A stretch of DNA of 43,896 nucleotides from the NCBI GenBank assembly GCA_038496445.1, contig JALMLS010000095.1, positions 1 to 43,896 of the forward strand. Reading direction: 5' to 3'. Source of the DNA: Trichosphaerium sp. ATCC 40318 (Eukaryota; Protista; Tubulinea). Below the pieces are notes generated by a model that ran no database searches, had not been told where the DNA came from, and worked only from the letters and a program-made list of their open reading frames with translations. Shown here piece by piece: positions 1-12,479 of the stretch. The position numbers were made by a program, and so were the translations under genes. How positions within the stretch are numbered: the stretch's first letter is position 1; every line of letters begins with the position of its first letter.

Positions 1-200
1 ACATCGCCGAATTGAATATACGTATCCTACCTTTAGACGGGACGCAGACTTTGGCTCGTAACGAATTGAACCGTTATTACACTATTTGCAATAGTATGGA
101 TTAACCGTTATCCTAACGAGCCTTTTTCAGTGACGGGACTTGAACCGCACTTTTTCAACACGAGATCTAAATCCGACGTGTCTACATTCACCACACTGAC
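1..200 (-). tRNA. Copy-1 tRNA-Leu(TAG), tRNA-Cys(GCA) and partial tRNA-Glu(TTC), error-rich
   Basis: Reverse complement of 19291-19494 with several indels. Confidence 0.8.
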
Positions 201-3200
201 TTTTTTTTCTTTTTTCCTTCTAACAAGGATTTTTATAGTTGAGGATTGCTTTTTTTAAATATAGATGCAGATCGTAGTTTTGTTGCATCTATGGAAATAT
301 AAACAATTCTTTGAGATTGTTTATATTTCCATAGATGCACAAAAATACGATCTGCATTATATTTAAAAAAAAGCAATCTCAAAAAAGACTCTATTTCCGT
401 TATATAAGTATAATCTCTCAATAAACTCCACTTTCTTAGAGTTCTCTGAAAATTAAATATGAATAAATCTACCTTCATAACTTAACAACAATCACTAAAT
501 ATTTCATACGACACGCAAACCTACGACGTAAATTTCAAAAAATAAGTAAACCTTTCATTATTTATCTTACTTTTATAATCTATAAAATAATACTATAATT
601 ATATAACCTTAAATTTAACATTACTTTACGCCCATTAAAGTTAATTTTTTTAAAGACATGTGAGGCTTAGTTTCTGTTACTAATTCTCTTTCATCATTTT
701 CAAATTCATCAAATTTTATTCATCGATGAAATTCTAAATAAAAAAAGAAATAAAACCACATGCAAAGAAAATATTTCAAGAAATACAAAATTAAATATAC
801 TTATTTTAAATAATTTAAAACATTATATAAAAATCTATTGCATTTTGTATAAATTTATTTATATTTTTTCAAAACGTTTGAAAACTATACAAATTTTTAA
901 TACCTTTTTCACGACGTCACTAATACGCATCCTCTTATTTCAACGTTTTTTATTTCTTACTTTTTTTTTTGTTGTTAAATATACTTCTTTATTTTTTATT
1001 TTTATATTTTGCCAGCTTTTAGTGGTAATAATAGACGCTTGTTTTTTATTTCCTATTAGTATTATTATTTTTTTCTTTTTTTTTTTTCTTTTTTTTTTTG
1101 CTTTTGATTTTAAATTTTTTTATATTTAATTATATATTTTTTGCAAGTTTATTTCTTTTTTTTTCTTTTATCGATCTTTTTCACAATTATTAATTTTACC
1201 TTTTATTTTTTTTACCCTTTTTTTTTGTTTTACTTTTATAAAGCTGCGTATTAAACAAAAATAAATGTAAAAGCTCACGCGATTTCTGTTCGAAAAAAAA
1301 AAGAGTAATATAATCTTATTAAGTTATATTACTCTTTTTTTTTTCGAACTCTTTTTAAATACCCATCTTATTTAATTTTTTGTTAATATTACTAAAACTA
1401 GTACCATAACTTCTTTTTATACATTAATTTTGTCCATAAACTTATAAACAATAATTTTTTAAAAATCACGCATCATATTTTATATTATTACGCGATTTTT
1501 TACCTCTATTTTTTTTTATATTAAACCTACACCTTTTATTAATCTATTAATTTATTATAAAACATGTATGTATATATTGTTTTAATTTATCTAAACTTTA
1601 TATTTATAATCACTTCTCGCTAAATTTAACCTTCACGGCTCTTTTTTAAAAAATTAAACCTACATTTGTTTGAAAAATATTTCCTATCTTTTATTTAAAA
1701 TAAATTAGATAATATACTCTTTTTTCTCTTCTTTTTCAAAATCTATCCACTAAACGCATTGACCTATTTCACGCATGCGTTTAGTGGATAATACACTTAC
1801 CTTTACTAAAATAATTTGAATATACCAAAGGCAATTTATTTTTGATAAACTTTTATATTTAAATTTTTTACACTAAACTTTCTTTTAATACCCTAAAATA
1901 AACAAAAGATCGGCTTTTAAGATACCTATAGGTATCTTAAAAGCCGATCTTTTGTTATATAAAAATTTGACTTTTATTTTTTTTATTACAATATCTGATG
2001 CATGCTCAAATAATAACTTTGACTTTCCTTTTTGTCACAATATTCAAACCATGCACGCCACCTTTCATCATTTTTTTACTAAACCTTAATCGTCTAATTC
2101 TACGTCTTCTTTTTTTCAAAGCACTTCTAGTTTTTGGAATTCTTTTAACGGGCTTAGTTTTTTTATATATTTACTATTTAATAAACAAAATAAATAAATT
2201 TCATTTTTGACAACATATAATATCACCAAGAGATAATGACTTTACACCAAACCAAAATTTCCCCCCAAATTCTTTAATTTTTTTCTCTTCTTTTTAATTT
2301 TTTATAATTATTCCTAACATTCTTATTAGATTTTTTTTTCAGTTTGGGTCCCCTTTATTTCTTTTAATGTTTTTTGGCATATTGACCTTTTACACCTTTC
2401 AATCCCAATATTTAGATCAATATAATTATATTGCTTTAAATAATACATTTCTTTTTAGTGTGTTTTGATAAAGCAACCTATCAAAAGAGATTCCTTTTAC
2501 TACATGCCCTTTTCAACAGGATTCCCCTAACAATCTTATTTACTTATATCTTTTAAATTGCTATTTTTAAAGTAGATAATCTCGCGCTTTAAACAAATTA
2601 AGATAATGTTTAATATATTCTTCTGTTTTATTTCTCTTTAAAAAATAACTTAATGAATTTTTATTCATTTATCAACTAAAATAAACCTTTATAAGTATAA
2701 TAATAACTCATAAAAAACTATAAAATTACAAAATATATTCACTAAACTAAATTAAAAGATCAAAAAAAACTTTTTGACGTAAATAAAATCTATTTAAATT
2801 TAACTTTTTCTCTCACGACTAAAAATATGTTTACGTCAAACTTAATATAACGTTTTATATAACTCGCCTTAATCTTTTAAATTTATTCTTTTTGCATTTC
2901 TTTGTCGACTTTTTCTAGAAGTAAAAGTTTGTGCAGCATCCCACAAAATTTATAAGTACGCCATTATTTAAATGTTCACTAATTTACATTTAAATTTAAT
3001 TTCTAAAGATCCAGCGTTAGTTTTACTTGATCTTTGGCTTTAAATTTAAAGCCAAAGATCAAGTAAAACTAACGCTGGATCTTTTTACTATCTCCTCTTT
3101 ATTACGTGAACGCAAGATGTTCGAAACACCAAAATACGGTGTTTCGAACATCTTGCGTTCACGTAATAAACTTTCCAACATCATTTACTCTAGCTCTTAA

Positions 3201-4132
3201 CCCACATCTTCTATTTTACCACACACGTCGCACGTTCTTTATTTAACAAATTTAAAAATTCTACATAATATAAGCTATAAAAAAAAATCAATAACTTCAG
3301 AAACCAAATAATGTTTTGATAATCCACATAATGATACATTACATTACACATCATCGTAACCCTCTAATGTACGTAAATTTAAATTTTTTCTTTAAATTTT
3401 TTAATCCTAAATTAAATCAACTTGTAAATTTAAAATTCCTAAATTTTTAAATTTACACCCCTATATATTATTTTTTTTGCTTTTCTATATATACATAATC
3501 AACATCCAACTGTTAAAATAATACTGACTTTTAAATGTTTTTGTGTCCCTGCTAAACAACAATCCACCACTGAACTAACCCATCTGAACTAACAACACTA
3601 CCGACGGAACCCTAACACCCCTTGATTCCCGTACATATTTAAACTCTTCAAGCTGCACTTAAAAACACTCAACAGGTAATTTATAACGCATTTGTAACCT
3701 TCTAACTGTTCTCCAAATTTATCACTTGCTCTAGCATCTCTGTTATCAATAAACCCATCATCTTACTATAACCTAAAATTTGTTAAAGTTCCTTCTCTTC
3801 ACGCACTGCTACATAAGGTTGTCACATAAATATGCAGCTGCTTAGTTAACCTTCTAAAAATAACGCGTAATTCGCAAACAACACGGCACCTCTCTCTCTA
3901 AACCTCATCTTATTAATTTATTTATATATGAAATCCTTGAAACATATATCCATTTCTAAAATACACATTTTATAGGATTCTCTAAAATACACCAACCACT
4001 TAAATAATTTGTATCTTCTTTAAAGAACCAAAAAATATTCAATCTACAAATAATTGATTCACCAGCGCTTTACTTTTATCATTTTTAATATTTATATTTA
4101 TTTTTAAATTACGTCTATCCTTATATTTACTC

Positions 4133-4575
4133 TTACCCCCCTATAAATAAACGAAAACTTTGGTGCCTATAGGTAACCCCTCAATAAGCATTTTTTTTTT
4201 TCCAAATTACAAATCCCTGCCCTATGGATGCCTTTAATAATTCACCTGCTAATTGCTATAACTGAACCTAGGCTTTACATTTCTGGTAACCAGAACACTA
4301 CCATTGTTCTCTTTTCCGCTCATTAACATACATGGGTACTGCACCGTTCTTTTGCCTAAAACAACTGTTTTAGGCAAAAGAACGGTGTGAACGCCTAAAA
4401 GCAACTGCAAAATAGTAGAAGGACTCCACTATTTTGCTCCTTTAATCACATATATATTTTAAAATACAAATCACCGCACGAATTTTTTTTCTTTTTTTAT
4501 TAAAGAAGTTACATACGCGTTCTATAACTAAATAAACTATTTGTTGATCCTTTTCACTAAATCTAACCATCGCAT
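4133..4575 (-). CDS. rps7: Ribosomal protein S7 cryptogene (copy 1)
   Basis: Mirror of 14918-15360. Confidence 0.65.
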
Positions 4576-5504
4576 GTTATTTTAAATTTTTACGTTCTTA
4601 AATTCACTGAAGTTAAAATTATAAAACTATATAGTATAAAAATATAATATAATATAATAAAAAAAATAAAAAAAAATAAAAAATAAATAAAATTAAATAT
4701 CAACAACATAAAGATGCCTTATTTTCCTGATATTTTATATAATTTTTATTTTTATTTCCTACCTCCTATATTACACCTGAATAATTTATTAAATTATTGA
4801 ATGGCAAAGATTACGCAATTTAAGTTAGTAAAATCTACGACGTAGATTTTACTAACTTAAATTGCGTAATCTTTGCCATTCAATAATCCCGCTAATAAAA
4901 ATTACATTTAAACAAATTCTTTAAACATTCTATATTTTTATTTGCAACGTATTTTTATTAATCCTTCTAAAATATTAATATTACTTCTATAAAATTATCC
5001 AAACTAAATTCTGACTTGAATAAACTCGGCTTAAATTTTAAATTTCTAATAATTTTTCAAAAATATCATCTTTATCAATATTGCACTATCTACATAAAAT
5101 AACGATAATAAAAAGACTAAATAACACCAGTACTTTTAACAAATAGATTATTTACTTTATTTTTAATCTTAAACTAAATTCTTTAAAAATAAACATTTAA
5201 CTTTTATTAAAGATACATATCTACTGAAACACTTTTTAAAGTTCGCGATATTGTCACAATATCGCCAGTCCAATCGCGATTGGGCTGCTGCTCCTATAAT
5301 TATGATGATACCTAATATACACCTACAGAAATATCCGTTACGACTGCAAAACCAAAGCAAGAACGTAGATTAAAACTCTAATAACTCTAAACTTATTAAC
5401 ATTTCTAATATACTTTGGAAGTTATTATAACCCCGATGATGTAAAAATACACAACAATAATCTAAAATTACCATTTTCTTTAATTTTTTATCTTCACATT
5501 TTTT

Positions 5505-6047
5505 CTACTCATTCATATCAAAATCAAACATGCGATAATCCTGTGTTAGCTCTACCGTTCATAAACTATACCTTTCCTTGATCATCATATCTCACTCATA
5601 ATAACCTGTTAATGGAAAATCCTTTCTTAAAGGAAACCTCTAAAAGTATAGTCTAATAAAATTCTACGCATATCTACATTCCCGAAAAGTATACGCCAAA
5701 TAAATCTTGCGCTCTCTTTCTAACCACAAACCTGATCTAAAAATTTTACACGATGTAAATAAACTACCTCTTTTTTTATATGCAAAACCTTCTAATCTTA
5801 TTCTACGATTTTAAATAAACTTGAAAAAACGTAAGCTACCTTCAATTTACAGCAGCTGCACTATTATCTACACAAAAATATCTAACAATGATTTTCAGCA
5901 TGCGCTCACTTAATTTTAACCAAAAAAATAAAAACCACAAATCGCCATATCTTTACAAGATCCTATAAAAGTTCTTAAATATGTCCAAAAGATTTAATAA
6001 AAGACCTAAAATAAATTCAAAAGCAAAAACTCTCTAATTCAACGCAT
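5505..6047 (-). CDS. nad9: NADH dehydrogenase subunit 9 cryptogene (copy 1)
   Basis: Mirror of 13446-13988. Confidence 0.9.
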
Positions 6048-6049
6048 AA

Positions 6050-7013
6050 TTAACCTAAAAAACTACCATATAAAATTACTTACCTCCCAAAGCTATTCAC
6101 TATTAAACAATAAAACCCTACCGTTATAGGTAACAAAGTTTTTCACCTAAACTCATTAAATGATCATATCTATATCTAGGTAATGAAGCTCTAACCAAAT
6201 AAACATAAGCATTATTAATAAACTTTTAATATACAAAAAATAGGAATTCCTTCCACAAATCATTATAAAAAAAAATATTTCGCCAAGAAATAAATTGGCA
6301 AACAAAATACTTAATATAATCATGTTTATATATCAGAAAGAAAAAAACAAACAAAACCCATGAAGAATATTCAACATTATAACAGACACTAATTCACCTT
6401 CTGCCTCTGGTAAATCTGCGAAAGGTGGCCTATTAGTCTCTGCTAATATTGTCACTATAAAAATTATTGCCGCTCAGGCGCATATAAAAATAAAATAGTA
6501 TCTTTTGTAAATTAACTACACTTATAAGATTTAACGTACCTGCTCAAGCACCAATATAATAATAACTAAACCAAAAGGAACTCATAAGAAATCATTTGGG
6601 CAGCAGCTCTTATTGCACTAAAAAAGCATATTTTGAGTTACTTGCCCAACCCGCAAAAATTAAACATAAACACCTAATGACGATATAACAAATATCAACA
6701 TCAAACTATATCTATATCTATGATTACATTTTAAAAGACAAAGGTAATAAGGATAAAAGAACTAAGATAAAAATAACAACCACAAGGAGCAAAAACAAAT
6801 AAAATACCATAGCGTATTGAGGAATTATTGTTTCTTTTCAAATCATTTCAACCCATCAGCTATGGCTGTAATAAACCATATAAACCTACTACATAGGTCC
6901 TTTCCTTCTTTGATACCAGCCATAACTTTTCTTTCCATAAAGTTAATAATGCTCCGCAAAAATAAACGGAAACATTAAAATAATAAAATAATAAACTTTA
7001 AAATAACTAACAT
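6050..7013 (-). CDS. nad1: NADH dehydrogenase subunit 1 cryptogene (copy 1)
   Basis: Mirror of 12480-13443. Confidence 0.92.
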
Positions 7014-7223
7014 TATTTTATTAATATATTTAAAATTACTAAAAAACAAAAAAAATAAAATAAAGAACTTAATTTATTTTTAATTTCGCTTCTTCCCTTG
7101 AAACTATAAAAAATTATAAACAAATAACTATCTTTTTTAAATATTCATTTATAATACAAATAACATTCTTTTTTTTCAAAATTTACACACTTTTCTTATT
7201 TTTTTACTTAAACTATAAGTAGT

Positions 7224-8282
7224 TTAAGTAAAAAAATAAGAAAAAAATTCATATATATTTCCCAGCATGTTGGTTATAAAATAATAAAAATCAACGCCTT
7301 TTTCATAAAATCATTCGCTTCATCTGTTTTCTATTTCTTTATCTAATATTGATAATTTTTTTTTTATTGCCTCTTTTATTATTGATCTAGACTTAACAAT
7401 CCCTCATAATATATCTTGCAGTAATCCATATTTTTCTAAAAGCTTTGCCCATAAATCACGTCGGGCCTCTAATAGCGATGCATTATTCTCCACAAATCTA
7501 TGCATTTGATCCTTAAAATACTTGGACAGTTTTCCTACATCTGTAGCTTGCCAGTCAAAAACTTCTATCAAATCATATAAATTTTTTTTTATTGCTCTTA
7601 AATTTTCTAAATCTAAGGTTTTTATGTTTTCTTTAGTATTAAAATAAGCAAATAATTCTTCTAATTTCAATTTCAGACTATTTATACAGACGTCTATATA
7701 ACACACTACATTTTTTTTAGATAATGCTGAAACACTGTTTTCTAAATAAATTTTTAAATTTTCACTGTTATACAATTCTCACTCTTTTATTCAATCAAAA
7801 ATTTTTTCTAATCCTTCTATATTTTCTCCTTCTATATTTTCTCCTTCTATTTTTTCTAATCCTTCTATATTTTCTCCTTCTATATTTTCTCCTTCTATTT
7901 TTTCTAATCCTTCTATATTTTCTCCTTCTATTTTTTCTCCTTCTATTTTTTCTAATCCTTCTATATTTTCTCCTTCTATTTTTTCTCCTTCTATTTTTTC
8001 TACTCCTTCTATTTTTTCTTCTTCTATTTTTTCTCCTTCTATTTTTTCTACTCCTTCTATTTTTTCTTCTTCTATTTTTTCTTCTCCTTCTATTTTTTCT
8101 CCTTCTATTTTTTCTTCTTCTTTCTTTTCTCCTTCTATATTTTTTTCTCCTTCTTCTGATGCTGATCTTCTATTTACTACCACCATCACGCCTACTATTA
8201 CTCCTATAATACAAGTGGCTGCAAAACCAAAACCTATGTCTACATACCCAATACCTCCCACAGCTAACGCCATAGGATCCAT
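7224..8282 (-). CDS. ORF352 (UGA=Trp), unedited ORFan (copy 1)
   Basis: Mirror of 11211-12269. Confidence 0.7.
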
Positions 8283-8539
8283 TCCTCATAACATAATAAC
8301 ATTTTTTTTTTGCTTTTTTATAACATTGTTATAAAAAAGCAAAAAAAAAATCGTTAATATTCATATAAAAAATATTATAAAAATTAAAATTAAAAATAAA
8401 TTATAACTAATAATTAATGTAAAAAAAAAACCCTAAACCTACAAAATCAAATATTTATAAATATCACACTTTCCACAATATTTCTCTTTTATTTATATTT
8501 TGAACCCAACATTATAAATACCAAAAGAACCTATTCACT

Positions 8540-8680
8540 CTAATATACTTTTTCCATTAAATTAAAACTATATTTATAAGAAAACAAATAAAAAACTATA
8601 CCTATACTTGCTCCTCCTACACCGACAGTACATACTCCTGCTGCTAATACTTTTGCTGCTAATACTATTTGTCATTCCAT
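8540..8680 (-). pseudogene. atp9-like N-terminal fragment (copy 1)
   Basis: Mirror of 10812-10952. Confidence 0.55.
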
Positions 8681-8697
8681 TTTTTTTTTACTCTTTT

Positions 8698-10046
8698 TTA
8701 AAATTTATACTATTACTATACTGTTTCTACCTGTTGCCGCAAATATTTTGACGATTTAACATATTCATTGTTATCTTAAAGTAATTACAAATAAAAAAAC
8801 TTACGATAACAATCAGTTTAAAAACACTTTATTATACTTCTTTTCATAATTACTTTTTTATAAAACTATTTTTCCCCAACAAAAAAAACATTACCTAGGA
8901 AAAATACAATAATAATTTACTGTTGGTATATTGCTCAAAATACTATACTTTTTATGAAAATATACATATTAATAATATGTATATTTTCATAAAAAGTATA
9001 GTATTTTGAGCAATATACCAACAGTAAATTATTGAAAAATAAAATAGAAATTACATTTTTTTCAACTCAAAAGACGCATTACCTTGTAACTTTTTGTAAA
9101 ACATTTTCTATATTAGAATATCAACATCTTTTTCCGTATAGACCAATCTGGCACCGCTACATCTACTCACGCCCTAAATTTTTACGTAAATTATAATTTA
9201 GATGAATAAATTTACTTAATCTATATTTAATAAATTTATTCTGTTTATTCTCCTTGCCCAAAAAACAAATTCAAATTATGCTTTGAATTTGTTTTTTTTT
9301 TACACCTTTTTTTGCAAGCCTAATAACCCTAAAAAACTAAAATTAACCTTGAAATATCTTGACTTATAAAATTCCTAAATTATTCTTACTTTCTCATTTT
9401 ATATTTAAATTTAAACTTTTGTTGTATAATACCACACTTCTTTTAAATTAGTATACCTTCCCATCTACTAAACATATTTTGATTTTTTTCAGCGAACCTT
9501 TCTTTACAATTAGCCCTACACCAAAGCTAAATATAATAATTCTTTATAGTACAGCCTATATTATTACACTAAGTATATAGACTTTTTACACCTAACCAAC
9601 AGTAAAATATTTCATTAGTTTTTCAAATCAAACTTTCTTAATCAGTAACCTAATAAAGGCAATTCTAAACGAATATCAGAAAACATATAAAAAAGCAATC
9701 AAACAAAGCAATTTCGAAATCAATTCACAAATAAAATACCATATTTGTTATAATTTATGACAATACAATCTGTTATTAACACTCCTATATTATTATAAAA
9801 TTAGTAATGCTATTTACACTTTATTCAAAACTACTATGTATACTAAAATGTAAAATTTAACGATTTGTATAGTCATAACCATATGAGATTAATAAGATCA
9901 ACTTACGCTTATATGATTGATCTTATTTTTCTCTATTTTCTTGTCAAAAAACCTAAATCTAATCCATAACGTTTAAAATAAAAACTGTAATGAAAATTTG
10001 CTTTATTAGTTAATCATTCTATATTAAAATCATTTAACTTGTTTAG
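8698..10046 (-). CDS. nad11: nad11 cryptogene, 3' two-thirds, cut at the fold-back junction (copy 1)
   Basis: Matches 40371-41731. Confidence 0.75.
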
Positions 10047-10049
10047 TTG

Positions 10050-10794
10050 GGAAGGTATACTAATTAAAAAAATTAAAACATGTTTAAATTTAAATATAAA
10101 ATCAAGTAAGAATAAAGGAATTTTATAAGTCAAGATATTTCAAGGTTTTTTAGATATTTCAAGGTTATTAGGCTTGCAAGGTTAAGGTGTAAAAAAAAAA
10201 CAAATTCAAAGCATAATTTGAATTTGTTTTTTGGGCAAGGAGAATAAACAGAATAAATTTATTAAATATAGATTAAGTAAATTTATTCATCTAAATTATA
10301 ATTTACGTAAAAATTTAGGGCGTGAGTAGATGTAGCGGTGCCAGATTGGTCTATACGGAAAAAGATGTTGATATTCTAATATAGAAAATGTTTTACAAAA
10401 AGTTACAAGGTAATGCGTCTTTTGAGTTGAAAAAAATGTAATTTCTATTTTATTTTTCAATAATTTACTGTTGGTATATTGCTCAAAATACTATACTTTT
10501 TATGAAAATATACATATTATTAATATGTATATTTTCATAAAAAGTATAGTATTTTGAGCAATATACCAACAGTAAATTATTATTGTATTTTTCCTAGGTA
10601 ATGTTTTTTTTGTTGGGGAAAAATAGTTTTATAAAAAAGTAATTATGAAAAGAAGTATAATAAAGTGTTTTTAAACTGATTGTTATCGTAAGTTTTTTTA
10701 TTTGTAATTACTTTAAGATAACAATGAATATGTTAAATCGTCAAAATATTTGCGGCAACAGGTAGAAACAGTATAGTAATAGTATAAATTTTAA
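10050..10794 (+). CDS. nad11: nad11 cryptogene, 3' part (copy 2)
   Basis: Frameshifted [24 protein letters not shown] resembles the Nad11 C-terminal DVILP..YTEK..YxNxEGRxQ motif. Contiguous with the nad11 5' end in copy 3. Confidence 0.7.
10459..10581. repeat. Perfect palindrome, 61-bp arms, 1-nt centre, inside the putative nad11 3' region
   Basis: aataatttactg...catatta-t-taatatg...cagtaaattatt. Confidence 0.95.
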
Positions 10795-10811
10795 AAAAGA
10801 GTAAAAAAAAA

Positions 10812-10952
10812 ATGGAATGACAAATAGTATTAGCAGCAAAAGTATTAGCAGCAGGAGTATGTACTGTCGGTGTAGGAGGAGCAAGTATAGGTATAGTTTT
10901 TTATTTGTTTTCTTATAAATATAGTTTTAATTTAATGGAAAAAGTATATTAG
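10812..10952 (+). pseudogene. atp9-like N-terminal fragment, 46 aa, no frameshift needed
   Basis: MEWQIVLAAKVLAAGVCTVGVGGASIGIVF resembles Atp9 helix 1 (AAK.IGAG.ATIG..GAG.GIG). No RNP loop or conserved Glu helix follows. Confidence 0.55.
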
Positions 10953-11141
10953 AGTGAATAGGTTCTTTTGGTATTTATAATGTTGGGTTCAAAATATAAA
11001 TAAAAGAGAAATATTGTGGAAAGTGTGATATTTATAAATATTTGATTTTGTAGGTTTAGGGTTTTTTTTTTTACATTAATTATTAGTTATAATTTATTTT
11101 TAATTTTAATTTTTATAATATTTTTTATATGAATATTAACG

Positions 11142-11192
11142 ATTTTTTTTTTGCTTTTTTATAACAATGTTATAAAAAAGCAAAAAAAAAAT
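11142..11192. repeat. Palindrome, 25-bp arms, upstream of ORF352
   Basis: a(t10)gc(t6)ataaca-a-tgttat(a6)gc(a10)t. Confidence 0.9.
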
Positions 11193-11210
11193 GTTATTAT
11201 GTTATGAGGA

Positions 11211-12269
11211 ATGGATCCTATGGCGTTAGCTGTGGGAGGTATTGGGTATGTAGACATAGGTTTTGGTTTTGCAGCCACTTGTATTATAGGAGTAATAGTA
11301 GGCGTGATGGTGGTAGTAAATAGAAGATCAGCATCAGAAGAAGGAGAAAAAAATATAGAAGGAGAAAAGAAAGAAGAAGAAAAAATAGAAGGAGAAAAAA
11401 TAGAAGGAGAAGAAAAAATAGAAGAAGAAAAAATAGAAGGAGTAGAAAAAATAGAAGGAGAAAAAATAGAAGAAGAAAAAATAGAAGGAGTAGAAAAAAT
11501 AGAAGGAGAAAAAATAGAAGGAGAAAATATAGAAGGATTAGAAAAAATAGAAGGAGAAAAAATAGAAGGAGAAAATATAGAAGGATTAGAAAAAATAGAA
11601 GGAGAAAATATAGAAGGAGAAAATATAGAAGGATTAGAAAAAATAGAAGGAGAAAATATAGAAGGAGAAAATATAGAAGGATTAGAAAAAATTTTTGATT
11701 GAATAAAAGAGTGAGAATTGTATAACAGTGAAAATTTAAAAATTTATTTAGAAAACAGTGTTTCAGCATTATCTAAAAAAAATGTAGTGTGTTATATAGA
11801 CGTCTGTATAAATAGTCTGAAATTGAAATTAGAAGAATTATTTGCTTATTTTAATACTAAAGAAAACATAAAAACCTTAGATTTAGAAAATTTAAGAGCA
11901 ATAAAAAAAAATTTATATGATTTGATAGAAGTTTTTGACTGGCAAGCTACAGATGTAGGAAAACTGTCCAAGTATTTTAAGGATCAAATGCATAGATTTG
12001 TGGAGAATAATGCATCGCTATTAGAGGCCCGACGTGATTTATGGGCAAAGCTTTTAGAAAAATATGGATTACTGCAAGATATATTATGAGGGATTGTTAA
12101 GTCTAGATCAATAATAAAAGAGGCAATAAAAAAAAAATTATCAATATTAGATAAAGAAATAGAAAACAGATGAAGCGAATGATTTTATGAAAAAGGCGTT
12201 GATTTTTATTATTTTATAACCAACATGCTGGGAAATATATATGAATTTTTTTCTTATTTTTTTACTTAA
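11211..12269 (+). CDS. ORF352 (UGA=Trp): N-terminal TM helix, acidic EKIEG repeats, helical C-terminal part; unedited ORFan
   Basis: The 163-aa and 123-aa track ORFs are in one frame separated only by TGA, and the frame runs to TAA at 12267-12269. It is open upstream to ~11004, with an in-frame ATG at 11199. Confidence 0.72.
11347..11693 (+). repeat. Coding tandem repeat, 15/18-nt units (gaaaaaatagaagga; E[K/N]IEG, with L/V variants)
   Basis: Directly visible. Confidence 0.95.
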
Positions 12270-12302
12270 ACTACTTATAGTTTAAGTAAAAAAATAAGAA
12301 AA
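12249..12302 (+). terminator. Hairpin (25-bp arms, 4-nt loop) overlapping the ORF352 stop; possible processing/termination signal
   Basis: ttttcttatttttttacttaaacta-ctta-tagtttaagtaaaaaaataagaaaa. Function is inferred. Confidence 0.5.
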
Positions 12303-12479
12303 GTGTGTAAATTTTGAAAAAAAAGAATGTTATTTGTATTATAAATGAATATTTAAAAAAGATAGTTATTTGTTTATAATTTTTTATAGTTTCAAGGGAA
12401 GAAGCGAAATTAAAAATAAATTAAGTTCTTTATTTTATTTTTTTTGTTTTTTAGTAATTTTAAATATATTAATAAAATA

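Larger units (their letters stand above)
1..10047. repeat. Copy 1: inverted relative to ~10041-19494 and a direct repeat of ~31671-41731
   Basis: ORF pairs mirror about x+x'=19493 (7791..8282 vs 11211..11702) and are offset 31672 from copy 3. The first ~1.5 kb has extra small differences from the other copies. Confidence 0.95.

Noticed and set aside
1-1500. Sequence differences between copy 1 and copies 2/3 as real repeat divergence or partial editing
   Set aside because: Mixed insertions, deletions and substitutions confined to the contig end and junctions look like unpolished read error
7724-8209. 161-aa Leu/Phe-rich ORF (also 11284-11769 and 39396-39881)
   Set aside because: Antisense shadow of the purine-rich EKIEG repeat
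11347-11693. CRISPR-like array
   Set aside because: No unique spacers; this is a coding minisatellite in an organelle genome
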